Assembly: GCA_021650915.1 (NCBI GenBank)
Contig: CP091279.1
Span: 510,001-542,000, forward strand
Direction: 5' to 3'
Length of the DNA stretch: 32,000 nucleotides
From: Candidatus Brocadia sp.
Lineage (GTDB): Bacteria > Planctomycetota > Brocadiia > Brocadiales > Brocadiaceae
Position numbers and translations under genes: made by a program. Below, one piece after another: positions 21,908-29,803 of the stretch. The first letter of the stretch is position 1; every line of letters begins with the position of its first letter. The notes beneath the pieces were generated by a model. The model saw nothing but the letters and a program-made list of their open reading frames with translations. It was not told the DNA's origin and made no database searches.

Positions 21908-23239
21908 ATGGTCTTCTGGATTGCCACGATTATTTTTCTTGTATCATTCGGATTGATTGTCTCTGAAATAGTCGATAAAACAAAGGTTGCGCTCATTGGC
22001 GCCAGCCTGATGATGATCCTTAAAATTGTAACCCAGCATGAGGCCTTTTATGACAAACATTTCGCCATTGATTATAACGTGATATTCCTCCTTATCGGCA
22101 TGATGATTATTGTCAACATCCTGAGCAAAACCGGGTTATTTCAGTTCCTGGCAATAAAGTCCGCAAAACTTGCAAAAGGCAAGCCGTTCCTGATCCTCAT
22201 CTTCATTACCTGCATTACCGCTGCGCTTTCAGCCATTCTTGACAATGTGACCACGGTGCTGCTCCTGGTTCCCGTCAGCCTTTTCCTTGCTGATGAACTG
22301 GAGGTGGACCCCTTTCCGTTTTTGCTATCAGAAATCATGGCGTCCAACATCGGCGGTACGGCAACCCTCATCGGTGATCCGCCCAATATTATGATCGCCA
22401 GCAAGATTCATCTCACTTTCATGGATTTTATCTGCCACATGGCGCCGGCAGTCCTCTTTATTTTTGGATTCTTTATTTTGACGATCAGAATACTCTTTGG
22501 AAAGAAGCTTCAGGTAAATGAAGCAGTCAGGCAAAAGATCTTTGCGATCGATGAATTTAGTCTGATCAAAAACTATTCCCTCTTAAAGAAATCGCTTGTC
22601 GTGCTGGGGCTGGTTATGCTGGGATTCGTATTTCACGGGGCATTTCACTATGAACCGGCAACCATTGCCCTTCTGGGAGCGGCTATTCTGTTTATTATAT
22701 CAAAGGAAGACCCGCATCATGTGCTGAGGGAACTGGAATGGCCAACACTCTTCTTTTTTATTGGACTCTTTATCATTGTCGGGGGCGTCGTTAAGGTGGG
22801 TTTGATTTCGTATCTCTCATCAGGCATGATTTCATTAACAAACCCCACGGCGGACAACATGTTTATCACAGCAATTACCACCCTGTGGTTTTCTGCCATC
22901 TGTTCAGCGATCGTGGACAACATCCCCTTTGTGGCCAGCATGATTCCCCTCGTTACGGACACTGCGCATGCAATATTGCCGTCCGGAGCGGATTTCAAAT
23001 CGGTCGTGCAGCATTCAACCCTTATGCCGGTATGGTGGTCACTGGCGCTGGGCGCGTGCCTCGGCGGAAACGGCTCGCCGGTTGGCGCATCCGCCAATGT
23101 GATTACCCTGGGGCTGGCGAATAAGGCGGGATGTCCAATATCATTCAAAAAATTCATTGTTTATGCTGTGCCCATTACCGTTGAGTCGATTATCATATCA
23201 ACGCTTTATATCTGGTTACGCTATTATCTCTTTGCCTAA
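21908..23239 (+). CDS. ArsB/NhaD superfamily (CitMHS-like) anion/cation permease
   Basis: 443 aa, polytopic. Contains SAILDNVTTVLLLVP, MASNIGGTATLIGDPPNIMIAS and a second-half repeat AIVDNIPFV ... GGNGSPVGASAN. The stop is 1 nt before the next gene's ATG. Confidence 0.8.
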   Translation: MVFWIATIIFLVSFGLIVSEIVDKTKVALIGASLMMILKIVTQHEAFYDKHFAIDYNVIFLLIGMMIIVNILSKTGLFQFLAIKSAKLAKGKPFLILIFITCITAALSAILDNVTTVLLLVPVSLFLADELEVDPFPFLLSEIMASNIGGTATLIGDPPNIMIASKIHLTFMDFICHMAPAVLFIFGFFILTIRILFGKKLQVNEAVRQKIFAIDEFSLIKNYSLLKKSLVVLGLVMLGFVFHGAFHYEPATIALLGAAILFIISKEDPHHVLRELEWPTLFFFIGLFIIVGGVVKVGLISYLSSGMISLTNPTADNMFITAITTLWFSAICSAIVDNIPFVASMIPLVTDTAHAILPSGADFKSVVQHSTLMPVWWSLALGACLGGNGSPVGASANVITLGLANKAGCPISFKKFIVYAVPITVESIIISTLYIWLRYYLFA

Positions 23240-23240
23240 C

Positions 23241-24056
23241 ATGGTGAGAAAATCAGGTTTTTTTCTGCTATTAACGATTGCTATTCTCTGGAGCATCAGT
23301 CCCTTTCTCTGGATTCTCCTGACTTCAATAAAGCCCGCATCTCAGATTATGCAACTGCCGCCTGTATTTCCGGGCGCGTATACCATGAATTCCTACAAAA
23401 ATGTCCTTTTTGAAAGCCATTTTCCAAAATATCTGTTGAACAGTTTTATGGTTTCATGCGCGACCGTATCGATCACCGTTCCCTTATCGCTTCTTGCTGC
23501 CTATGGTATCTCACGCTTCTCCTTCCGGGGAAAGACGTTTATTTTATTTATGATAATCGCGCTGTTTACCCTCCCCTCAATTAGCCTCGTGGCAGCTCTG
23601 TACAAACTTTTCGATGCTTTGGGCTGGATTAATCTGCCCGTCTCACTTATCGGTACTTATAGCGCCCTCAATTTTCCCCTGGCATTTTTTCTCCTGATAA
23701 AATATATTGACAAAATTCCGACTGAAATGGACCATGCGGCTCTCATCGACGGATGTACCTATTTTCAAACTTTTTGGTATATTATCAGCCCCTTATCTTC
23801 GCCGGGCATCATTTCTGCGGCAATTCTTGTCTTTATCTTTTGCTGGAACGAATTTCTTTTTGCCCTTACCTTTACCCTGGATGAGACAACACGCATGGCA
23901 TCGGTGGGAATTGCCCTGTTTCAGGGCACGTATGAGATTCCCTGGGGTGATATTGCCGCTGCCTCTGTTGTCGTGACCGTTCCCCTTCTTGTTGTTTTAC
24001 TGTTTTTCCAGAAATATATTGTACAAGGATTAACATCCGGGGCGGTGAAAGAATGA
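23241..24056 (+). CDS. Carbohydrate ABC transporter permease (MalG-like)
   Basis: The ATG at 23241 gives the typical N-terminus MVRKSGFFLLLTIAILWSISPFLWILLTSIKP. EAA-loop region is IDKIPTEMDHAALIDGCTYFQTFWYIISPL. The track start at 23157 lies inside the previous gene. Confidence 0.85.
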   Translation: MVRKSGFFLLLTIAILWSISPFLWILLTSIKPASQIMQLPPVFPGAYTMNSYKNVLFESHFPKYLLNSFMVSCATVSITVPLSLLAAYGISRFSFRGKTFILFMIIALFTLPSISLVAALYKLFDALGWINLPVSLIGTYSALNFPLAFFLLIKYIDKIPTEMDHAALIDGCTYFQTFWYIISPLSSPGIISAAILVFIFCWNEFLFALTFTLDETTRMASVGIALFQGTYEIPWGDIAAASVVVTVPLLVVLLFFQKYIVQGLTSGAVKE

Positions 24057-25108
24057 AGATACGACTACAAGACCTGACAAAACAATATAGAAATACCACC
24101 GCGCTTCATCATTTAAATCTGGATATACACGATGGCGAATTTCTCGTGGTACTGGGATCCAGTGGGAGCGGAAAGTCTACCACATTAAACATGATTGCCG
24201 GTTTAGAAACGCCTACGTCGGGATACATTTTTTTTAATGAACGGGTTGTTAATCAAATCCCACCAGGGAAAAGGGACATTGCCCTGGTTTTCCAGAACTA
24301 TGCCTTATATCCCCACATGAGGGTTTACGACAATATTGCTTTCCCTTTAAAAATACGAAAAGGAAGGGATATAGACCAGAAGGTTAACCATACCGCTGAG
24401 ATGTTGGGACTACAGAGCTTATTGCATAAATACCCAAAGGAGCTTTCTGGAGGAGAGCGGCAGCGGGTAGCGCTGGCAAGGGCGCTGGTACGGAATCCGC
24501 AGGTCTTTCTGATGGACGAACCGCTGAGCAATCTTGATGCACGACTTCGGCTTTCGGCGCGTGGAGAATTAAAGAAGCTGCAAAGAGAGCGTAATATTAC
24601 CACCGTATATGTCACTCACGACCAAACCGAGGCGCTTACCCTGGGAGATCGTATCGTCATTATGGACAAAGGCATACTGCAACAAACGGGCACCCCCAGC
24701 GAGATATATCAGAAGCCGCGAAACATGTTCGTTGCCGGTTTTCTTGGAACACCTCCCATGAACACGATCAACGCAGAGCCGTGTGGCATCCGTTCCTTCA
24801 TTTCAGGAGAGAGCACGTTTGAATTTCCTGTCCCCTTGCCGGTTAAAAAAAGTTGTATTTTCGGCATACGTCCCGAAAAACTGACCATAGCGCCTGCATC
24901 TACGCCTTGTGCAATACAGGGTTTAATTGAATATGTCGAATACTTAGGGAATGAAACAATAAATCATGTAAAAATTACCCCTCATGTAACCTGGTACGCA
25001 AAGGATGTCGCTGAACGGGGACGAGTGGGTGAGTTCGTCGGATTGAAATTTCTTCCTGAAGACACCCATTGGTTTGATCCTGTGACCGGAGAAAGAATAG
25101 CACATTGA
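24053..25108 (+). CDS. Sugar ABC transporter ATP-binding protein (MalK/UgpC/MsmX type)
   Basis: Walker A GSSGSGKST, Q-loop, signature LSGGERQRVALARAL, Walker B VFLMDEPLSNLD, H-loop VTHDQ. Has a C-terminal regulatory (TOBE-like) extension. The ATGA overlaps the upstream permease stop. Confidence 0.9.
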   Translation: MKIRLQDLTKQYRNTTALHHLNLDIHDGEFLVVLGSSGSGKSTTLNMIAGLETPTSGYIFFNERVVNQIPPGKRDIALVFQNYALYPHMRVYDNIAFPLKIRKGRDIDQKVNHTAEMLGLQSLLHKYPKELSGGERQRVALARALVRNPQVFLMDEPLSNLDARLRLSARGELKKLQRERNITTVYVTHDQTEALTLGDRIVIMDKGILQQTGTPSEIYQKPRNMFVAGFLGTPPMNTINAEPCGIRSFISGESTFEFPVPLPVKKSCIFGIRPEKLTIAPASTPCAIQGLIEYVEYLGNETINHVKITPHVTWYAKDVAERGRVGEFVGLKFLPEDTHWFDPVTGERIAH

Positions 25109-25154
25109 ACTGGATAGTACAGGGCATTTCTTTTTATTTATAGGTTTTCTGGAT

Positions 25155-25181
25155 GGCACGGACAAACTTCGTTTGTCTTTG
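25155..25181. repeat. Short palindromic repeat, family D, degenerate copy
   Basis: ggcacggacaaac ttc gtttgtctttg lies ~47 nt downstream of the ATPase stop. It shares its core with 3351-3377. Confidence 0.45.
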
Positions 25182-25388
25182 CTGGTTACAGCCCATCACA
25201 AGTCTTGAATGTGTTGGAATTGTTGCTGGCAATTTCTGAATATCAGGTAGATTTACCAGGTGGAAAATATCCTTCCCAACATGAAGGAGACCGGGTGCTC
25301 TGTATCCCTGCTTTCGTTCCTCCTTTGTGTGTCTCCGGGCAAAATATTAAATATGCCGCCTGTCTTTTACAAATATGGTTCACCATGA

Positions 25389-26678
25389 ATGTCTACCATG
25401 AAATTTAATCTCAAAAAAGCAATTATCGTATCTATTTACCTCATGGTGGGGGTATGGATTGCCTATACATTTTTCAGGGTGAGGAAAACGGATGAAGTCG
25501 TCTTCAATATTGGGGCAGGAACAGAAGAAATCCGCTTTGTGAAAAAGCTGATAGAGAAATTTGAGGGTGAAAATCCCGCCATAAAGGTTACCCTAAACGT
25601 CCTTCCCGCTCCTACCGATCAGCAGCACCATTATTACATTACCACCCTGGGAACGAAAAGCACAGATATTGATGTAATGAGAATCGATACCACCTGGATA
25701 GCCGAATTTGCTTCCGCCGGATGGCTGGAATCTCTTGATAATTATTTGAACAAAGAAGACAGGGCGTCTTTTATTCCGGTAACGGAAAAAACCAACGTCT
25801 TTCAGGGCGCCTTACACGCCATACCCTGGGATGCCAACGTCGGTCTTTTATACTATAGAAAAGATTTATTGGAAAGGTATAAGATGAAACCTCCGGATAC
25901 CTGGGGTGAACTTATTGAGACTTCCGCAAAAATTTCAGATTCTGAATCCATTTACGGCTATCTCTGGCAGGGAAAGCAATATGAAGGGCTGGTCTGCAAC
26001 TTTATTGAATTCATGAGCAGCAAAAATGGCGGAATAATTGACAATGCAGGACATATCATAATTGACTCTGAGCAAAACACCATAATGCTTGACCTAATGC
26101 GCGATTTGATATGGAAGTACCGTATATCTCCGCAAAACACTTACAGTGAACTTGCGGAAGAATCTTCCCGGCACCTCTTTCAACAGGGAAAAGCCCTGTT
26201 TTTAAGAAACTGGACCTATGTGTGGGAATTATGCCAGGAAGATCCTTCTATGAAGGGCAGGGTGGGTGTGTCTCAACTCCCGCGGCTTCCTGAAGGAAAA
26301 CCCGCATCGGTGTATGGCGGTTGGCATCTTGCTATCAATGCACACTCAGAGAAAAAGGAACCGGCATGGCGGTTGATTCAGTTTTTAACTTCATACGAGG
26401 CACAAAAGGAATTGGCTATACAGGTGTCATGGATGCCCTCAAGAAAGGCATTGTATAAAGACCCGGAACTGATGGAGAAATTGCCTTTTCTTCCTGTCGT
26501 TGAATCAGCGTTACAGGATGTTCAAATAAGACCAACTGTCCCTTATTACCAATGGATCAGCGAGATTTTGCAAAAATACGTCAACAAGGCATTGTCGAAT
26601 CAAATTAGCAGCAAAGAAGCATTAAAGATCATAAGAGCAAAACTCGAAGAGATAAAACGTGATTTTACGAAAAACTAA
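25389..26678 (+). CDS. ABC transporter extracellular solute-binding protein, family 1 (sugar)
   Basis: 429 aa with an N-terminal hydrophobic anchor (AIIVSIYLMVGVWIAYTFF). Family-1 SBP features: DVMRIDTTWIAEFASAGWLE, ALHAIPWDANVGLLYYRKDL, PPDTWGEL, WQGKQYEGL. The start is uncertain (ATG 25389 or 25398) and no clear RBS is visible. Confidence 0.8.
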   Translation: MSTMKFNLKKAIIVSIYLMVGVWIAYTFFRVRKTDEVVFNIGAGTEEIRFVKKLIEKFEGENPAIKVTLNVLPAPTDQQHHYYITTLGTKSTDIDVMRIDTTWIAEFASAGWLESLDNYLNKEDRASFIPVTEKTNVFQGALHAIPWDANVGLLYYRKDLLERYKMKPPDTWGELIETSAKISDSESIYGYLWQGKQYEGLVCNFIEFMSSKNGGIIDNAGHIIIDSEQNTIMLDLMRDLIWKYRISPQNTYSELAEESSRHLFQQGKALFLRNWTYVWELCQEDPSMKGRVGVSQLPRLPEGKPASVYGGWHLAINAHSEKKEPAWRLIQFLTSYEAQKELAIQVSWMPSRKALYKDPELMEKLPFLPVVESALQDVQIRPTVPYYQWISEILQKYVNKALSNQISSKEALKIIRAKLEEIKRDFTKN

Positions 26679-27528
26679 ACTGCCGTATCTGTTTTTGCTG
26701 CCCGGTCTGATGCTGGTACTGACATTTACTTGCATCCCGTTCATAGATACCCTTATCCTATCATTCAAAAATGCAAAACTCTTCCTGCCGGAGGAAACAG
26801 TTACCGGCGTTGCTAATTATAAAGCCGTTCTGACGCATTCCCGTTTTTGGTATTCCCTTTTTATCACCCTCCTGTTTGTACTCGTTTCGATTTCCCTGGA
26901 AACTCTTGTGGGTCTGTGTGTGGGACTCATGATGAACCGGCTTTCTCCCATTACTAAGGCATTAAGAATCATGATACTTATCCCATGGACGATTCCAACG
27001 GTGGTCACTGCCAGGATGTGGCAGTGGATGTTTGACTATAATCTAGGCATCATAAACTATCTCTTGCAAGGTATGGGAATAGATCAGGTAAACTGGCTTG
27101 GGAATCCATGGTTGGCCTTTTTTTCAATTCTCCTTGCGGATGTCTGGAAGACTACGCCATTTGTGGCAATCATCGTCCTGGCAGGCCTCTCCGCCATTCC
27201 TCAGCAAATATACAAAGCGGCGGTTATTGATGGTGCAAATAGCTGGCAACGACTTCGTTTCATTTTCCTGCCGTTACTGTTGCCGGTATTGGGCGTCGCC
27301 ATCCTCTTCAGGGCAATTGAAGCCATGAGGGTATTTGACCTCGTGTATGTCCTGACGGGCGGCGGACCGGGGGGCTCAACGGAAACGGTGTCCGTGTATG
27401 CATACAAACTCTTTTTTTATAAGGGTGACTTTGGACAAGGCGCTGCAACCTCGGTAATCATCTTGTTTCTGGTGGCTGGATTTGGTTATTTTTATACAAA
27501 ATACTCATTTCGAAGAAATCCTGTTTAA
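26659..27528 (+). CDS. Carbohydrate ABC transporter permease (MalF-like)
   Basis: The GTG start overlaps the SBP 3' end by 20 nt. N-terminus is LPYLFLLPGLMLVLTF. EAA loop is LSAIPQQIYKAAVIDGANSWQRLRFIFLPLL. Confidence 0.85.
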   Translation: MILRKTKLPYLFLLPGLMLVLTFTCIPFIDTLILSFKNAKLFLPEETVTGVANYKAVLTHSRFWYSLFITLLFVLVSISLETLVGLCVGLMMNRLSPITKALRIMILIPWTIPTVVTARMWQWMFDYNLGIINYLLQGMGIDQVNWLGNPWLAFFSILLADVWKTTPFVAIIVLAGLSAIPQQIYKAAVIDGANSWQRLRFIFLPLLLPVLGVAILFRAIEAMRVFDLVYVLTGGGPGGSTETVSVYAYKLFFYKGDFGQGAATSVIILFLVAGFGYFYTKYSFRRNPV

Positions 27529-27607
27529 AGAGGAGGGTCTTCGAAGATATAATAAGAAATGGTGGAACCTTTTAAAACCAGCGGTTCTTGGTGAAATACG
27601 CGAGGAA

Positions 27608-27771
27608 ATTGCGTAGAGAGCATTCCCGATTTCTTGTAAACCCACAATTTGAAGGGGTAGCGCAGGCATCTTGCCTGCATCGTTGGAGGCAAGATGCCTG
27701 CGCTACCGTATTCTTCTGCCGTTTTTTGCCTTCCGGGTTTACAAAAAATCGGGAATGCTCCCATTGCGTAG
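27608..27771. mobile_element. MITE-like nonautonomous element: 143 bp, 26-bp terminal inverted repeats, internal perfect 20-bp hairpin, flanking 9-bp direct repeat
   Basis: The TIRs are gagcattcccgatttcttgtaaaccc (27618-27643) and gggtttacaaaaaatcgggaatgctc (27735-27760), complementary at 25 of 26 positions. The inner stem is ggtagcgcaggcatcttgcc (27656-27675) with ggcaagatgcctgcgctacc (27688-27707). ATTGCGTAG occurs at 27608-27616 and again at 27763-27771. There is no coding capacity. Confidence 0.55.
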
Positions 27772-27925
27772 GCATGTGTACACGTAGGTTTGTTTACAAC
27801 GGCGCTGACTCAAAATACTTTCACCGCTTTAATCTCGGCAATTATTGTCACCACCGTAACGACTTCTTCTTTATTAAAGTTTGCTGAAGGATACGTTCCA
27901 TAAAACACCAGGGGAATATCCAAAG

Positions 27926-29803
27926 ATGCATGCGATAAACTATATCAGTTCGGGAAGGTGCGAATTCAATGTCTGGGCTCCTTTTCTCAGCGCAGTAGCG
28001 GTAAAGATCCTTTCACCAGAGGAAAGACTTGTCCCTATGGAAAAGGATATGGAAGGATTTTGGAGAGCGACCCTTACCGGCATAACACCCGCGGTAAGAT
28101 ATCTCTATCGCCTCAGTGATGAAAAGGATAGACCCGATCCCGCTTCACAGTACCAGCCTGATGGAGTCCATGGGCCATCGCAGGTTATTGACCACAGCGC
28201 ATTTCGCTGGTCAGATGAAAATTGGCGGGGAATTTCCTTGAGTGAGATGATAATTTACGAACTTCATGTTGGTACGTTTACGCCGGATGGGACGTTTAAA
28301 GCAATTATACCCAGACTTGATGAAGTGCGGGATACCGGGATAAATACCATAGAACTAATGCCTGTTTCCCAATTTCCCGGAGAAAGGAACTGGGGCTATG
28401 ATGGCGTCTATCCTTATGCAGTTCAAAATTCCTACGGAGGACCTCAGGGGCTTAAACATCTGGTAAACGAGTGTCACAGGAGAGGAATATCGGTTATTCT
28501 GGACGTTGTCTATAACCATCTTGGGCCGGAAGGGAATTATTTGAGGGACTTCGGGCCTTATTTTACCACTACGTACCTTACTCCATGGGGCGAGGCGATA
28601 AATTTTGACTCTGCATACAGCAGAGAGGTAAGGAATTATTTTATTGAAAATGCCCTTCATTGGTTGCGTCATTACCACGTGGATGCCCTTCGCATTGATG
28701 CCGTTCATGCCATATTCGACATGAAGGCCAAACACTTTCTCTCTGAGCTTTCAGAGCGGGTTGAGGAATTTTCCCAGGAACAGGGGAGAAAATACTACCT
28801 CATCGCTGAAAGTGATTTAAATGATTCCCGTATCGTAATGCCACGGGAATCTGGCGGGTATGGCATTGACGGAGTATGGTGTGATGACTTTCATCACTCT
28901 CTTCATACCCTTCTTACCGGTGAAAATCGCGGATATTATCTTGATTTCGGAAAGATTGAGCATATGGTGAAGTCCATGAAAGAGGGCTTTGTCTATTCAG
29001 GTGAATATTCCGAATTCAGAAAGAGAAACCATGGTAATTCATCGGGGGATATACCTGCACAACAAATGGTGGTATTTTCACAAAACCACGACCAGACAGG
29101 CAACAGGATGCTGGGTGAAAGGCTCAGCGCCCTTGTATCGTTTGAGGCGCTGAAACTTGCCGCTGGGGTCGTTCTTCTTTCTCCGTACGTTCCCCTGATC
29201 TTCATGGGAGAAGAGTATGGGGAAGATACCCCGTTTCTTTACTTTGTAAGCCATTCCGATCCTGGCCTTATTGAAGCAGTGCAACGGGGAAGAATGAGAG
29301 AGTTCCGCGAATTCAAATGGCAGGGCGGACTGCCCGATCCGCAAAGCACAGAAACATTTTTGAAATCAAAAATAGACTGGGAAAAAAGAAGGGAGGGGCA
29401 TCACAAGGTTTTGCTGAATTTTTACCGGCAACTGATAGGCCTCAGAAAAACTATTCCGGCACTTTCACATCCTGATAAGAAAAATCTTTGTGCAGAGGGT
29501 AACGAAAACCAGAGAATTTTGTTTATCATGCGCCGGAAGGATGCGAGCCAGATAATGATTGCCCTGAATTTCAATGGTGCGGATGTTGCCTGCGTTCCGC
29601 CCCTGTCCGATGGGGCATGGAACAAGGCAATTGATTCTGCAGAATCGATATGGAGAGGTCCTGGTTCTGTGCTTCCGTATGAGCTTGTCCCCGGCAGTGA
29701 AATAACGGTGAGGGGAGGAAGCATTGCCCTCTATATCAGAAAATCTCCGCTACTTGAAGAAAACGGCGGAATACAGCAGTCAAATCCGGAGAATCATGAA
29801 TGA
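27926..29803 (+). CDS. treZ: Malto-oligosyltrehalose trehalohydrolase (GH13)
   Basis: The ATG at 27926 gives MHAINYISSGRCEFNVWAP, typical of TreZ N-termini (the track TTG at 27881 is possible but less likely). Motifs: YELHVGTFTPDGTF, IELMPVSQFPGERNWGYDGV, ILDVVYNH.GPEGNY, VDALRIDAVHAI, IAESDLND, SQNHDQ.GNR. Confidence 0.9.
   Translation: MHAINYISSGRCEFNVWAPFLSAVAVKILSPEERLVPMEKDMEGFWRATLTGITPAVRYLYRLSDEKDRPDPASQYQPDGVHGPSQVIDHSAFRWSDENWRGISLSEMIIYELHVGTFTPDGTFKAIIPRLDEVRDTGINTIELMPVSQFPGERNWGYDGVYPYAVQNSYGGPQGLKHLVNECHRRGISVILDVVYNHLGPEGNYLRDFGPYFTTTYLTPWGEAINFDSAYSREVRNYFIENALHWLRHYHVDALRIDAVHAIFDMKAKHFLSELSERVEEFSQEQGRKYYLIAESDLNDSRIVMPRESGGYGIDGVWCDDFHHSLHTLLTGENRGYYLDFGKIEHMVKSMKEGFVYSGEYSEFRKRNHGNSSGDIPAQQMVVFSQNHDQTGNRMLGERLSALVSFEALKLAAGVVLLSPYVPLIFMGEEYGEDTPFLYFVSHSDPGLIEAVQRGRMREFREFKWQGGLPDPQSTETFLKSKIDWEKRREGHHKVLLNFYRQLIGLRKTIPALSHPDKKNLCAEGNENQRILFIMRRKDASQIMIALNFNGADVACVPPLSDGAWNKAIDSAESIWRGPGSVLPYELVPGSEITVRGGSIALYIRKSPLLEENGGIQQSNPENHE

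Noticed and set aside
23157-23240. Track start at 23157 for the MalG-like permease
   Set aside because: That extension lies inside the preceding permease gene in another frame. The ATG at 23241 gives the canonical N-terminus.
25205-25408. 67-aa plus-strand ORF in the ATPase-SBP gap
   Set aside because: It has no RBS and a Cys/Pro-rich nonsense-like composition, and it overlaps the SBP start. Probably noncoding spacer.
27881-27925. TTG start at 27881 for treZ
   Set aside because: The ATG at 27926 yields the typical TreZ N-terminus directly preceding the F.VWAP strand. The TTG extension adds 15 non-conserved-looking residues. It is not fully excluded.
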